Positions 27,540 to 39,231 are shown, numbered from the stretch's first letter. The stretch: 64,000 nucleotides of DNA from Patescibacteria group bacterium (GCA_004297735.1 SCTI01000001.1:51467-115466); one strand, 5' to 3'. The notes: a model not told the origin generated them from the sequence alone. Program-made: numbers and translations.

Positions 27540-28370
27540 ATGCAGGAACGACTTTGGCTCAAGGTTACGCATCTGCGTCTCTTCGACTGGCTGCTGCATG
27601 ACTACGGGGGCGGGGCGACCCACATCCTGTTCACGCTCAGCCTGGGAGACTTCCAGACCAGGAAATTCCATCTGACGCCGTCCGGAGTCGGGGTGGACGC
27701 CTTTGGCACTCCGAACACCGGTGGTTCAGGCGATCACATCGGTGCTGTGCCGGCGGACTACAAGCTCGCGGGTGTGCCGGTGCCAGATCTCATTCTCGGC
27801 GACCTTCTTGTCGAGGCGATCTGGAGACACTTCAGGCAGCCCCAGAATTGGGGTCAGCTACGGGAGTACTACAACGGTGGCCAGACGCCTTACGAGGTCA
27901 TCATCGCGCCAGAGCAGTGGGGCGGCCAGGCGTTGTGGATTCCGGTCGACTTCGTCGAGATCTTCAACCTGTTGCCGGCTTCGACCGGCTTGTATGCCGA
28001 TATTCGAATGGGTCATCACCTGCTCTTCCGGGAGCAGCTGCTTGACCGCCGCTACAAGTCGACGGTGATGGAACGGCCGCATCCGGGCGACTGGCAGACG
28101 ATCGATCGGCTGGCCCGCAGCGAAGAGGAGCTTTTTGAGGAGGCTCTTTTGCGCCGAACCTTCACGAATCCTCGAGTCAATGAGCTGATCGAGGCGGCGA
28201 CACAGCACGCCTGGGACAGTGGTATGTGGCGGGAATACAACCGTCTACGGTTCGGTCACAGCAAGGGTCGTGAGCACTACCTCTACGGTGTGCCGGGTGT
28301 CGATCCTGGTTCGGTGGCCCCGGGTCTGGTCATGAACCTCAGTCCGCCCCCGTCGGTCGTGGCGGCGTAG
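27540..28370 (+). CDS. hypothetical protein (276 aa, GC-rich islet)
   Basis: ORF 27516-28370. The ATG at 27540 follows the duplicated leader. I recognise no family. Confidence 0.5.
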   Translation: MQERLWLKVTHLRLFDWLLHDYGGGATHILFTLSLGDFQTRKFHLTPSGVGVDAFGTPNTGGSGDHIGAVPADYKLAGVPVPDLILGDLLVEAIWRHFRQPQNWGQLREYYNGGQTPYEVIIAPEQWGGQALWIPVDFVEIFNLLPASTGLYADIRMGHHLLFREQLLDRRYKSTVMERPHPGDWQTIDRLARSEEELFEEALLRRTFTNPRVNELIEAATQHAWDSGMWREYNRLRFGHSKGREHYLYGVPGVDPGSVAPGLVMNLSPPPSVVAA

Positions 28371-28482
28371 TTCAATCTTTCGGGCGGCTCTGGCTTAACG
28401 GTCAGGGCCGCCGAGTTCGCAATTATCTCTCCCAAAAACCAATCAAAAATGCTACAATAGAGCCAAAATAAAGGGTAGCCGA

Positions 28483-29037
28483 ATGACACTTTGGATTATT
28501 TTAGGAATTGTGGCGGTTGTGGTGATCGCATTGATCTTGATTTATAACGGTTTGGTTACCGCCAAGCAGCGAGTTGAAGAGGCTTGGAGTGATATTAACG
28601 TGCAGCTTAAGCGCCGCTATGATTTGATCCCAAACCTGGTATCAACGGTCCAGGGCTACGCCAAGCACGAGTCAAAGGTGTTTGAGGACGTAACCAAGGC
28701 GCGCACCGCGGCTATGGGCGCACAAGACGTTCACGCCAAGGCCGAGACCGAAAACCAGTTGGCCGGTACGCTCAAAAGCTTGTTTGCGGTAGCCGAGGCC
28801 TACCCGGATTTGAAGGCCAACCAGAACTTTAAGGCGCTGCAGGATGAGCTAGTGGATACAGAAGATAAGATCCAGGCGTCACGTCGGTTCTACAATACCA
28901 ACGTGCGAGACTTTAATATCAAACTGGGAGTGTTCCCCAACAACTTAATTGCCGGCATGCTTGGGTTTAAGCCACGCGAGTTTTTTGAGGCCGATAATCA
29001 AGCCGAAATTAATGAACCGGTGGCGGTTAAGTTTTAA
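28483..29037 (+). CDS. lemA: LemA family protein
   Basis: N-terminal TM followed by the LemA pattern (NGLV...W...RRYDLIPNLV...YAKHE). Confidence 0.85.
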   Translation: MTLWIILGIVAVVVIALILIYNGLVTAKQRVEEAWSDINVQLKRRYDLIPNLVSTVQGYAKHESKVFEDVTKARTAAMGAQDVHAKAETENQLAGTLKSLFAVAEAYPDLKANQNFKALQDELVDTEDKIQASRRFYNTNVRDFNIKLGVFPNNLIAGMLGFKPREFFEADNQAEINEPVAVKF

Positions 29038-29062
29038 CTAAAAGTTAAGGAACGGTTAAGCA

Positions 29063-29494
29063 GTGCTCGAAAACGTTACTAAAACCTACGCCTGGCAAGA
29101 AGCGATGGAGCTGTCGCGCGAGCTGACACGGTTGTGCGAGGAGTTTAGCGACGGTGATCGTAATGTGCTGGTTGGCCATCTACGCCAAGCGGTGGTTGAG
29201 ATTCCGGCAACGGTAGCGGTTGATATTACGCTGGGCCGGCCGGCAACGCTGGAGCCGGCCATTCGTTTGGCAACCGAGCTGGAGCTGGTGCATCGAATTT
29301 ACCCAGCCATTGAGACCGGTACCGCGCCGCAGAAGCTAGAGGATTTATTGCGGCGGATGCGCTCAAACAATTTTACAGAGCAGGAGCCAGCCTCAGTCGA
29401 TGAGGCTGAAGAAGAGCAGCCCGCGCCCGAGCCAAACGAGGCTAGTCCAGCCGCCCCAACCTCAATTCCGGTTACCCCACAGCAAGAGGATTAA
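29063..29494 (+). CDS. four-helix-bundle protein (23S rRNA-intervening-sequence protein family-like) with an acidic tail
   Basis: YAWQEAMELSRELTRLCEEFSDGDRNVLVGHLRQAVVEIPATVAV resembles the TIGR02436-type motif. GTG start. Confidence 0.5.
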   Translation: MLENVTKTYAWQEAMELSRELTRLCEEFSDGDRNVLVGHLRQAVVEIPATVAVDITLGRPATLEPAIRLATELELVHRIYPAIETGTAPQKLEDLLRRMRSNNFTEQEPASVDEAEEEQPAPEPNEASPAAPTSIPVTPQQED

Positions 29495-29496
29495 AT

Positions 29497-30381
29497 ATGT
29501 ACACCGCCGTTAGTTCGAACAAGCGTAAAACCGTGCTATTAATGGCTCTGTTTGTGGCCTTTATCGCGACTTTGGGTTATGTGGTCGGGGTGATTAGCGA
29601 TAGTCCCGGGCTGCTTTACTTTTTTGGGATTGGGGCATTGGTGTACTCGATCGTAACCTACTTTTTGTCGGCTAAAATAGCGCTGGGAATGTCGGGCGCC
29701 CGCGAGATTAAAAAGTCGCAAGCTCCTGAGCTGTATCGGCTGGTCGAGAACTTGAGTATTACCGCCGGTTTACCAATGCCAAAGGTGTACATTATTGAAG
29801 ATAGCTCGCCCAACGCCTTTGCGACCGGGCGCGACCCCAAGCATGCCGCGGTTGCGGTGACCAGTGGGTTGCTAGAACGCCTGGAAAAGGATGAGCTGCA
29901 GGGAGTCTTGGCGCACGAGATGGCCCATGTTGGTAACTATGATATTCGGCTAATGAGCGTGGTAACCGCGCTGGTGAGTATTGTGTCGATTATTAGCGAC
30001 CTGCTGTTTCGAGTGAGTTTGTTTAACGGAGATGACGATAGCCCCAATCCATTGATGCTGGCAGTGGGGATTGTCCTAGCGATCCTAGCGCCGTTAATTG
30101 CTCTGGTGATTCAGCTGGCAATTTCGCGTCGGCGTGAGTATTTAGCAGATGCTACCGCGGTGCAGCTAACCCGTTACCCCGATGGTTTGGCCAAGGCGCT
30201 AGAAAAAATATCGCACGGCGAGCCAATGCACCGGACCTCGTCGGCCACCGCTCATTTATACATCGCTAATCCGCTAGGTGGTGGCAAGGGTATTGGCGGA
30301 GCGGTAGCAGGACTGTTTAGTACTCATCCACCAATCGAGGATCGAGTGGCACGCTTAAGACAGATGGGAGATGTGGTATGA
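29497..30381 (+). CDS. htpX: zinc metalloprotease HtpX (M48)
   Basis: HEMAHV zinc-binding motif. Four TM helices. Confidence 0.9.
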   Translation: MYTAVSSNKRKTVLLMALFVAFIATLGYVVGVISDSPGLLYFFGIGALVYSIVTYFLSAKIALGMSGAREIKKSQAPELYRLVENLSITAGLPMPKVYIIEDSSPNAFATGRDPKHAAVAVTSGLLERLEKDELQGVLAHEMAHVGNYDIRLMSVVTALVSIVSIISDLLFRVSLFNGDDDSPNPLMLAVGIVLAILAPLIALVIQLAISRRREYLADATAVQLTRYPDGLAKALEKISHGEPMHRTSSATAHLYIANPLGGGKGIGGAVAGLFSTHPPIEDRVARLRQMGDVV

Positions 30382-31127
30382 GTCAAAAGTTTAGTAGTCC
30401 GTTGCAGCTGGCCAAGGCCAGTTGGCAGCAAGGTCGCCAGCATTTAAAGCTGTTGTTGGGTATATCGGCGGTGGTCGGCATTCCTTCAACCCTTGCCAGC
30501 ACTTACCTGGTTGACCCAACCGCCGATAGTTCAATTTCGGCCTATATCGCCTTTGCTCAGCTGGCAATGAACGCGGCTTTAATCTATGCCGCAATCCAGC
30601 TGGCCAAAAGTAAGAAGGTGACGATTCGGCAGGCCTACTACCAGGGTTCCACTTTGTTGGTGCGCCTGGTGTTGTTCTCATTCTTGATGTTGCTATACGC
30701 TATTCCGCTGATGCTTGGTTTGCTGATGTTGTCGTTTGGGGTGTTTGCGCCCGGTTCAACCCTAACTTCGGTTGAATCACTGATTATTGGCGGCGTGGCT
30801 CTATTGATTACCATTCCTGGGCTGGTGCTACTGGTCAAGGGGATGTGGGGTGCCTTTGTGATTGGTGAGGGCAAGGCAGGCCCGATTGAGGCCTTGATTC
30901 AAAGTCATCGCCTAACCAAGGGTAAGGTCCGCAAAAGCTTGGCTCGCCTCTTAGCCTTGGCGGCAATTTTGGCGGTAAGCGTGGCAATACCGGCTGGGTT
31001 GCTGGTCGCTCTGGCGGCGCTGACCGGGATTCAAGCGCTGTCGGCCTTGGTGCAGTTTTTGGTGGTGGTAACGGTTGTACCTTACAGTACGCTGTACCTG
31101 TATAAGATGTACGTGGAACTTAAGTAG
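30378..31127 (+). CDS. hypothetical polytopic membrane protein
   Basis: About six TM helices. Overlaps the htpX stop. Confidence 0.6.
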   Translation: MSQKFSSPLQLAKASWQQGRQHLKLLLGISAVVGIPSTLASTYLVDPTADSSISAYIAFAQLAMNAALIYAAIQLAKSKKVTIRQAYYQGSTLLVRLVLFSFLMLLYAIPLMLGLLMLSFGVFAPGSTLTSVESLIIGGVALLITIPGLVLLVKGMWGAFVIGEGKAGPIEALIQSHRLTKGKVRKSLARLLALAAILAVSVAIPAGLLVALAALTGIQALSALVQFLVVVTVVPYSTLYLYKMYVELK

Positions 31128-33140
<2,013 letters not shown>

Positions 33141-33554
33141 TCGCGCAATTTATAAGGCCTAAATAGCTAAGCGGCGACGCAAATGGTATGAACTCTTCCC
33201 ACCGAAGTGGGCAACTGTTACCATTCGCGCCGCCGCATCTCGCCCGGATTGTCGCGAGGAGGGACTAGGCGAGAAGTTGAAAGCTGTCGGTTGTCTAGGG
33301 GGTAGACCTGACTGTGCGTGGTGGGTCAACCGGCGACCTGCGCCCGCAACCCTACGTCTCGCTCAGCAAGCAGCTCCGACAGCAAGAGACCCGATGGGTT
33401 TTGCCCTGGCATTCTCTTTCCCTTGGCTGCACAAGGATTTTGGGGACGTCCGCTTGATGGGTGGGGGTTCCCTCGCACGGAAGTATTTTTACAATAGGCT
33501 TATTGATTGATGTTGTCAATTGGTGGTAACTATATAAATTATTGTAATAATGCA

Positions 33555-33580
33555 CAAAAAAGCGCTACCGAAGTAGCGCG
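33555..33580 (-). terminator. intrinsic terminator on the minus strand (GCGCTAC-CGAA-GTAGCGC followed by TTTTTTG)
   Basis: Hairpin with a run of six T's when read on the minus strand. This implies a minus-strand transcript crossing 33580-33850 where no ORF is credible. Confidence 0.5.
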
Positions 33581-33899
33581 TAGCTTAAGCGAAGCCTAGG
33601 CTGTAAGTTGGTGACCCGGGTGGTGCCGGCGATGCAAGGACAAGTCCAAGAATCGACCGACACCACCTGAGCGTCTCCCTCCCCTGGGAGGCCCGCTGGG
33701 CGGGCACGCTTGTGAAGTTTTGTGCACCCCGGGGCGGCTCTTGGGAGAGGCTCCCCGGGGTGCTGATCGAGGTGTCGGGCGAGTGGCCGGGAGCTGTTCA
33801 AGAACTCGGTGCTCGCTCGAGACTCACTCATTTTGCCTCTAAGTGCCATTTACTGTCAACCCTTTGCTCAATCTGGCTGCCATCAGGTACAATATGTTT

Positions 33900-34187
33900 A
33901 TGTCGAAAATTACCCCGGACGAGGTTCGCCGCGTCGCTGAATTAGCCCATATTGGCTTGGCCGAGGATCAAATTGATCACTTTGCGCGCGAGTTAGATCA
34001 AATCGTTGGCTTCGTTGAACAGTTACAAAAAGTTGATGTTAGTGGCATAGAACCAACCGACCAGGTTACCGGTTTAGTGGATGTATGGCGTGAGGACGAG
34101 GTTAAACCCGGTCTGTCTCATGATGACCTCAAGCTCAATGCTCCCGATTGGAAAGACGGACAGTTTAAGGTAAAGAGGGTGCTATAG
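33900..34187 (+). CDS. gatC: Asp/Glu-tRNA amidotransferase subunit C
   Basis: MSKITPDEVRRVAELAHIGL... is a GatC pattern. TACAAT 6 nt before the ATG. Confidence 0.8.
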   Translation: MSKITPDEVRRVAELAHIGLAEDQIDHFARELDQIVGFVEQLQKVDVSGIEPTDQVTGLVDVWREDEVKPGLSHDDLKLNAPDWKDGQFKVKRVL

Positions 34188-35638
34188 TGGCCGATCTTAA
34201 GCGACCAATTGCCGAGTTGGCCGGTGAGGTGCAAGCCGGCAAGCTAACAGCGGTTGAGTTGGTCAAAGCCAGCCTGTCAGCGATTGACGGCGCCGAAGAT
34301 CATCACGCCATCCTCGAAAAGAACGAGGAGGCGTTGGCGCGCGCCCAAGAGATTGATGAGCGTGTTAAAAAGGGCGACAAGGTCGGCCGCTTAGCCGGTA
34401 TTCCCTATATCGCCAAGGATAACTTTTTAACTAAGGGTACGCATACCACCGCTTCTAGCAACATCCTAAAGCCATTCAAGGCGCCATATCAGTCAACCGT
34501 TATAGAGAGGTTGGAGGATGAGGGAGCAGTCATGGTTGGTAAGGCCAACCTGGATGCGTTTGCGCACGGCTCTTCAACCGAAAATAGCGATTTTGGCCCC
34601 ACCAAAAACCCGCACGATGCAACGCGAACTCCGGGCGGTTCCTCCGGTGGCTCAGCTGCCGCCGTGGCCTTGGGTCTGGCCTGCTTTGCGCTGGGTACCG
34701 ATACCGGTGGTTCAATCCGTCAGCCAGCGGCCTTTACCGGCACGGTTGGGCTCAAGCCAACCTATGGCTTGGTTAGTAGGTATGGAGTTGTGGCGATGGG
34801 TAGCTCGGTAGACGTAATTGGTCCGCTGACCAACTCGGTCGCAGACGCGGCGCTGGTGCTAGATGTTATGGCCGGCCAAGATTCAGCCGATGCCACTACC
34901 ATTGAGCGTGATTCGGAATCCTACACTCGGATCAAAGGCGACCTTAAGGGTAAAAAAGTCGGTTTGATAAAGGAGTATCTGGGTGAAGGAATTGATCCAA
35001 AGGTAAAGGCTTCAATTATGCAGGCCGCCGAGCAGATGAAGCAGGCGGGAGCCGTAGTCGAGGAGGTTTCGCTGCCATCGACCGATTTGGGCCTGGCTGC
35101 ATACTATATTTTGGTTCCAGCCGAGGTTAGCTCAAACCTGGCCAGATACGATGGGATTCGTTATGGTCACAGCTCAAAGGATGCTACCACCATGCACGAC
35201 ACCTTTCTTAAAAGTCGCAATGAGGGATTTGGCGACGAGGCTAAGCGCCGCATTATGATCGGCACCTATGTGCTATCTAGCGGTTACTATGATGCCTACT
35301 ACAAACGGGCGCAAAAGGTTCGCACCGTGCTACGAAATGAGTTTAACCAGGCGTTTGAGCGCTACGATTTGCTGCTTGGGCCAACCACGCCAACACCGGC
35401 CTTTAAGCTGGGCGAAAAAAACCACGATCCGCTATCGATGTATCTGTCGGATGTTTACACCGTGGTGGTGAACCTGGTCGGTTGTTGCTCGATCAGTCTA
35501 CCAAGCGGCTTGGTTGATGGCCTACCGGTGGGCTTACAGCTGATTGGCCCACAACTGGGCGAGCGAGAGCTACTTGGCTCAGCCGTAGGGGTTGAAGAGC
35601 TATTGGGTGAAAACTCCGCTAAGGAGGTGACGCTATGA
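34187..35638 (+). CDS. gatA: Asp/Glu-tRNA amidotransferase subunit A
   Basis: Amidase signature (GGSSGGSAAAVA), Ser-cisSer-Lys triad context. Confidence 0.9.
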   Translation: MADLKRPIAELAGEVQAGKLTAVELVKASLSAIDGAEDHHAILEKNEEALARAQEIDERVKKGDKVGRLAGIPYIAKDNFLTKGTHTTASSNILKPFKAPYQSTVIERLEDEGAVMVGKANLDAFAHGSSTENSDFGPTKNPHDATRTPGGSSGGSAAAVALGLACFALGTDTGGSIRQPAAFTGTVGLKPTYGLVSRYGVVAMGSSVDVIGPLTNSVADAALVLDVMAGQDSADATTIERDSESYTRIKGDLKGKKVGLIKEYLGEGIDPKVKASIMQAAEQMKQAGAVVEEVSLPSTDLGLAAYYILVPAEVSSNLARYDGIRYGHSSKDATTMHDTFLKSRNEGFGDEAKRRIMIGTYVLSSGYYDAYYKRAQKVRTVLRNEFNQAFERYDLLLGPTTPTPAFKLGEKNHDPLSMYLSDVYTVVVNLVGCCSISLPSGLVDGLPVGLQLIGPQLGERELLGSAVGVEELLGENSAKEVTL

Positions 35639-36078
35639 TTTGGATGCTAATCGCGGCCTTAGCGCTTGGCTTGTTGCTGATTGCTGTAATCAGTGCCGAC
35701 CAGTCTAAAAAGCCGAAAAAGCGCAACGGTAAACGTCGTTACGCCAACCGGATCGGGTCGGTCGACAAAGAGTTTGTGCAAACTCGTTGGGTGGCCATCG
35801 AGGGTATGGCCAGCGGCGGGGGCAGCTTGCGCGACGCCGTCAGCGAGGCCGATAAGCTGGTTGATTATGTGCTCAAGCAGTCTGGAGTACCTGGTGAGAC
35901 TATGGGCGAACGGCTTAAGAGCGGTGGCGACCGGTTTAGCGACATTAATGCTATCTGGCGGGCTCATAAGCTGCGCAATGCCTTGGCGCACGAGGCCAAG
36001 TTCGACCTGGTTCCAAGCATGGCCCGCGAGGCCATTGCCGACTTCCGCCAAGGCCTTAAAGATCTGGGGGCACTATGA
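35635..36078 (+). CDS. hypothetical membrane-anchored protein inserted between gatA and gatB
   Basis: N-terminal TM, basic stretch, then a soluble domain. Confidence 0.5.
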   Translation: MIWMLIAALALGLLLIAVISADQSKKPKKRNGKRRYANRIGSVDKEFVQTRWVAIEGMASGGGSLRDAVSEADKLVDYVLKQSGVPGETMGERLKSGGDRFSDINAIWRAHKLRNALAHEAKFDLVPSMAREAIADFRQGLKDLGAL

Positions 36079-37520
36079 GTAAATACGAAGTCGTTATCGG
36101 CATTGAGACTCACGTGCAGTTGAGAACTAAGACTAAGTTGTTTTGTAGTTGTAATAACGACGCCCGAGATGAAGCTCCAAATAAGTATGTCTGCCCGGTA
36201 TGTACCGGTATGCCTGGAGCGCTACCGGTGCTCAATAAGCGAGCGGTGGATCTCTCGTTGCAGGCCGGCCATGCACTCAATGCGTATGAGAACACTACAG
36301 AGTTCCACTCTAAGTTCGACCGCAAGAACTACTTTTATCCCGACAGTCCAATGAACTACCAGATAACTCAGTTCGATGAGCCAATCGTGGGGAAGGGTTA
36401 CGTTGAGTTCCCAGTCAACGGTGAAACCAAGCGAGTTGGCATTACGCGAGCTCATCTGGAGGCCGATGCCGGTAAGTTGACTCACCCAGCCGGCACCGAC
36501 TACTCCTTGGTCGACCTCAACCGCGCCGGTACTCCACTGCTCGAGATTGTCAGCGAGCCGGATATGCGCAGTGCGGCTGAGGCTAAGGCTTACGCCCAGG
36601 AGCTGTATAACCTGATGCGCTACGCCGGCGTGAGCGACGCCAACTTGTATTACGGCAACATGCGTTTTGACGTAAACGTTAGCTTACGCCCGATTGGTAG
36701 CAAAGAGTTTGGCACTCGCACCGAGAGCAAGAACCTTAACTCCTTCCGCGCTGTCGCCGGAGTGGTTGAGTATGAGACCAAGCGCCAAACCGAGCTGCTG
36801 GATAAGGGTGAGAAGATCATTCAGGAAACTCGCGGCTGGGATGAGAATAAAAATGTGACCTTCAGCCAGCGCTCCAAAGAAGAGGCACATGACTACCGTT
36901 ACTTCCCAGAGCCGGATATCCCACCGCTCGTGGTTACGGAGAAGATGCTCGGTGAGGCTAAGGGAGGTTTCAATATAATGCCAAAAGATATACGTGAAGC
37001 TCTCGCGGAAGCTAAAATTAAATCAAATGAGATGGAGGCGCTTATTGGCGACCCTGAGGCCTCTCGCTTTTGGCTACAAGTTGTGGCTGAAAATCCTGCC
37101 TACGCCCATTTCGCATTTAATTGGTTGATTGGAGATCGTATTAGGCTCGAGGATGATAAAAATGAAAGCCTCGCCGAATCCGCAGTTGATGTAACGACGT
37201 TGACGGGAGTTGCTAAGCTGATCGATTTAGGCAAGATTAGCTCGACCAACGCTAAGATTTTACTCGAGAGGTTATGGGATATAGATGAAGACCCTCTTGT
37301 AGTTGCGGATCAAAACGACCTCCTCCAAAACTCCGATACCGGTGAGCTCGAGAAGATCGTGGATGAGGTTATTGCCGCCAATCCCGGTCCGTGGGAGCAG
37401 CTTAAAGCTGGCGAGACAAAAGTCCTGGGCTTTCTGGTAGGTCAGGTTATGAAGGCCTCAAAAGGACAGGCCAATCCGCCAATGGTTAATGATATACTAA
37501 AGAAAAAGTTAGGAAGCTAG
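36075..37520 (+). CDS. gatB: Asp/Glu-tRNA amidotransferase subunit B
   Basis: GatB N-terminal (VIGIETHVQL) and C-terminal GatB/YqeY domains. Confidence 0.9.
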   Translation: MSKYEVVIGIETHVQLRTKTKLFCSCNNDARDEAPNKYVCPVCTGMPGALPVLNKRAVDLSLQAGHALNAYENTTEFHSKFDRKNYFYPDSPMNYQITQFDEPIVGKGYVEFPVNGETKRVGITRAHLEADAGKLTHPAGTDYSLVDLNRAGTPLLEIVSEPDMRSAAEAKAYAQELYNLMRYAGVSDANLYYGNMRFDVNVSLRPIGSKEFGTRTESKNLNSFRAVAGVVEYETKRQTELLDKGEKIIQETRGWDENKNVTFSQRSKEEAHDYRYFPEPDIPPLVVTEKMLGEAKGGFNIMPKDIREALAEAKIKSNEMEALIGDPEASRFWLQVVAENPAYAHFAFNWLIGDRIRLEDDKNESLAESAVDVTTLTGVAKLIDLGKISSTNAKILLERLWDIDEDPLVVADQNDLLQNSDTGELEKIVDEVIAANPGPWEQLKAGETKVLGFLVGQVMKASKGQANPPMVNDILKKKLGS

Positions 37521-38078
37521 GTGACTTCACTCGATCTATCATTTGAAAGCTTACTTGATCCGGTTACGCAGGCCTTAAACGAGATTTTACCCAAAATACC
37601 GCTAGCTATTTTGATATTGCTAGCTGGTGTTGTAGCTATTCGAATTATTTCTTGGGTGATGCGGTGGCTGATAAATCAGTTTAATGTACCCAAGGGCCTG
37701 CAGGGCATTATCATGTCGCTGTTTAACTCCCTGCTGCTCATCTTTTTGGTGATTGTCTTCCTGCAATCGCTGGGCTTGAGCAATGTCGCCTTTATCTTTT
37801 CGGCAGCGGTGGCCGCTACCGGCTTGGCGATCGGTAATGGTTCGGTAACCTTAATCAGCGACATCATATCTGGTATTTATTTGGCGCGTGATCGTAACTT
37901 TTCGATTGGCGACATTGTTCGCGCCGGTGAGGAGCCGGTTGAGGGGGAGATTATTGGTATGGATATGCGCCGGACTCGGATTAAGGACGCTAGCGGGCAC
38001 GTTCATAGTCTGCCCAACTCAGTCGTTGAGCGTAAGGCATACGTACTGATTACTAAAAAACGCGACCGCAAGCTGTAA
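37521..38078 (+). CDS. small MscS-family mechanosensitive channel-like protein
   Basis: TM helices followed by the MscS beta-domain pattern (SIGDIVRAGE...GEIIGMDMRRTRIKDASGHVHSLPNS). Confidence 0.65.
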   Translation: MTSLDLSFESLLDPVTQALNEILPKIPLAILILLAGVVAIRIISWVMRWLINQFNVPKGLQGIIMSLFNSLLLIFLVIVFLQSLGLSNVAFIFSAAVAATGLAIGNGSVTLISDIISGIYLARDRNFSIGDIVRAGEEPVEGEIIGMDMRRTRIKDASGHVHSLPNSVVERKAYVLITKKRDRKL

Positions 38079-38145
38079 GTAACGGTATCCAGGCTTGCCA
38101 GCCACCCAAAAAAGCGGGATAATAAGGTTATAACGGGTACCAATT

Positions 38146-38403
38146 ATGCAAGATGTACAAGCGGTTTTGGTTACGATTCTAGGTATTGGCTTTGCCGTAT
38201 TTTTAATCATGGCCATTATTACCGTTTCGATTGCGATTAAGATTTTAACCAACATCCGCCACATCACTCAGCGCTTGGACGAAACCACCACCAGTGCCAG
38301 CGAGTTTATGAAGTACTTTGGTAAGAGCGTCGGACCGGCGGCGGCTTCGGCAGTAGCGTCGGTAGTGGCTCGTAGCATTAAGAACGGTTTTAAGAGGAAA
38401 TAG
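38146..38403 (+). CDS. small membrane protein (DUF948-like)
   Basis: One TM then a helical region. Family recalled, not verified. Confidence 0.45.
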   Translation: MQDVQAVLVTILGIGFAVFLIMAIITVSIAIKILTNIRHITQRLDETTTSASEFMKYFGKSVGPAAASAVASVVARSIKNGFKRK

Positions 38404-38405
38404 CG

Positions 38406-38894
38406 ATGGCAAAGGAGGTAAAGGTGAAGGATCATAGCAAGGGATTTTTAAAGGGCAGTATGATTGGCGCCGCGATCGGAGCGGTAGCGGCGTTGCTGCT
38501 GGCGCCCAAGAGTGGCAAAGAGACGCAGGCCGATATTAAAAACACCGCTAAAAAGGTGGTGCGTGACGCCGATGTTAAGATTGCAGATCTTGAGCGAGAG
38601 CTTGATGGGCGGATCGACAACCTTAAGATTGCCGCCAAGGAGCTGCACGGCGAGGCTTACGAAGAAAGCCAGCGCCTAATTACGCGAGCCGAGCTGCTCA
38701 AGCAGGACCTACAGGATTCGGCAACACGTATCGCCAAAGAGGGCAAAGAGGTTCATAGCGACGCCATGACCGACGCCAAGCGACTGTTAAATGAAGGAAG
38801 TGCGGTGTTGAGCGAGCTAGAGCGAACCACCAAAAAGATTGTTGGCTCAGCTAAGAATAAGGCAAGTGATCAGTTCAAAAACAATGACCGATAA
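38406..38894 (+). CDS. YtxH-like stress protein
   Basis: GFLKGSMIGAAIGAVAALLLAPKSGKETQADIKN is a YtxH N-terminal pattern. Coiled coil follows. Confidence 0.55.
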   Translation: MAKEVKVKDHSKGFLKGSMIGAAIGAVAALLLAPKSGKETQADIKNTAKKVVRDADVKIADLERELDGRIDNLKIAAKELHGEAYEESQRLITRAELLKQDLQDSATRIAKEGKEVHSDAMTDAKRLLNEGSAVLSELERTTKKIVGSAKNKASDQFKNNDR

Positions 38895-39156
38895 GCCGCA
38901 AAAACCAACCGCTGCCGATTACGAAAAACTGGGTCGAACCATTGAAGGAATGTTGATCAACGATTATTTGGATCTGCTGGGCAATCCGCGCCGTCAGCTA
39001 CGCAGCGCTTTTGTACGCGGGATTTTTACCGGCTTAGGCACGGTTTTGGGCGCGACCTTGATTGTAGCCTTTGTGGTGTGGGTGCTGCATATGCTGGGTG
39101 GTTTACCGGTGGTCGGTGAGTATCTGCAAGGCGCCGGTAACACCATTCAGCAGTGA
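38884..39156 (+). CDS. hypothetical small membrane protein
   Basis: ATG within ORF 38839-39156. One TM helix. Confidence 0.45.
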   Translation: MTDKPQKPTAADYEKLGRTIEGMLINDYLDLLGNPRRQLRSAFVRGIFTGLGTVLGATLIVAFVVWVLHMLGGLPVVGEYLQGAGNTIQQ

Positions 39157-39231
39157 CACAATAGCGGCTCATTTCAAGACTTAACCGCTTATGCTAAGCG
39201 GTGGTATACTTAGGTCAGATAGGGGAGATAC

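Noticed and set aside
33277-33849. Short ORFs (77, 67, 94 and 77 aa) inside the 759-bp ligA-gatC gap
   Set aside because: Low-complexity, Arg/Pro/Gly-rich translations of GC-rich DNA. No RBS. Mutually overlapping. The region is treated as non-coding.
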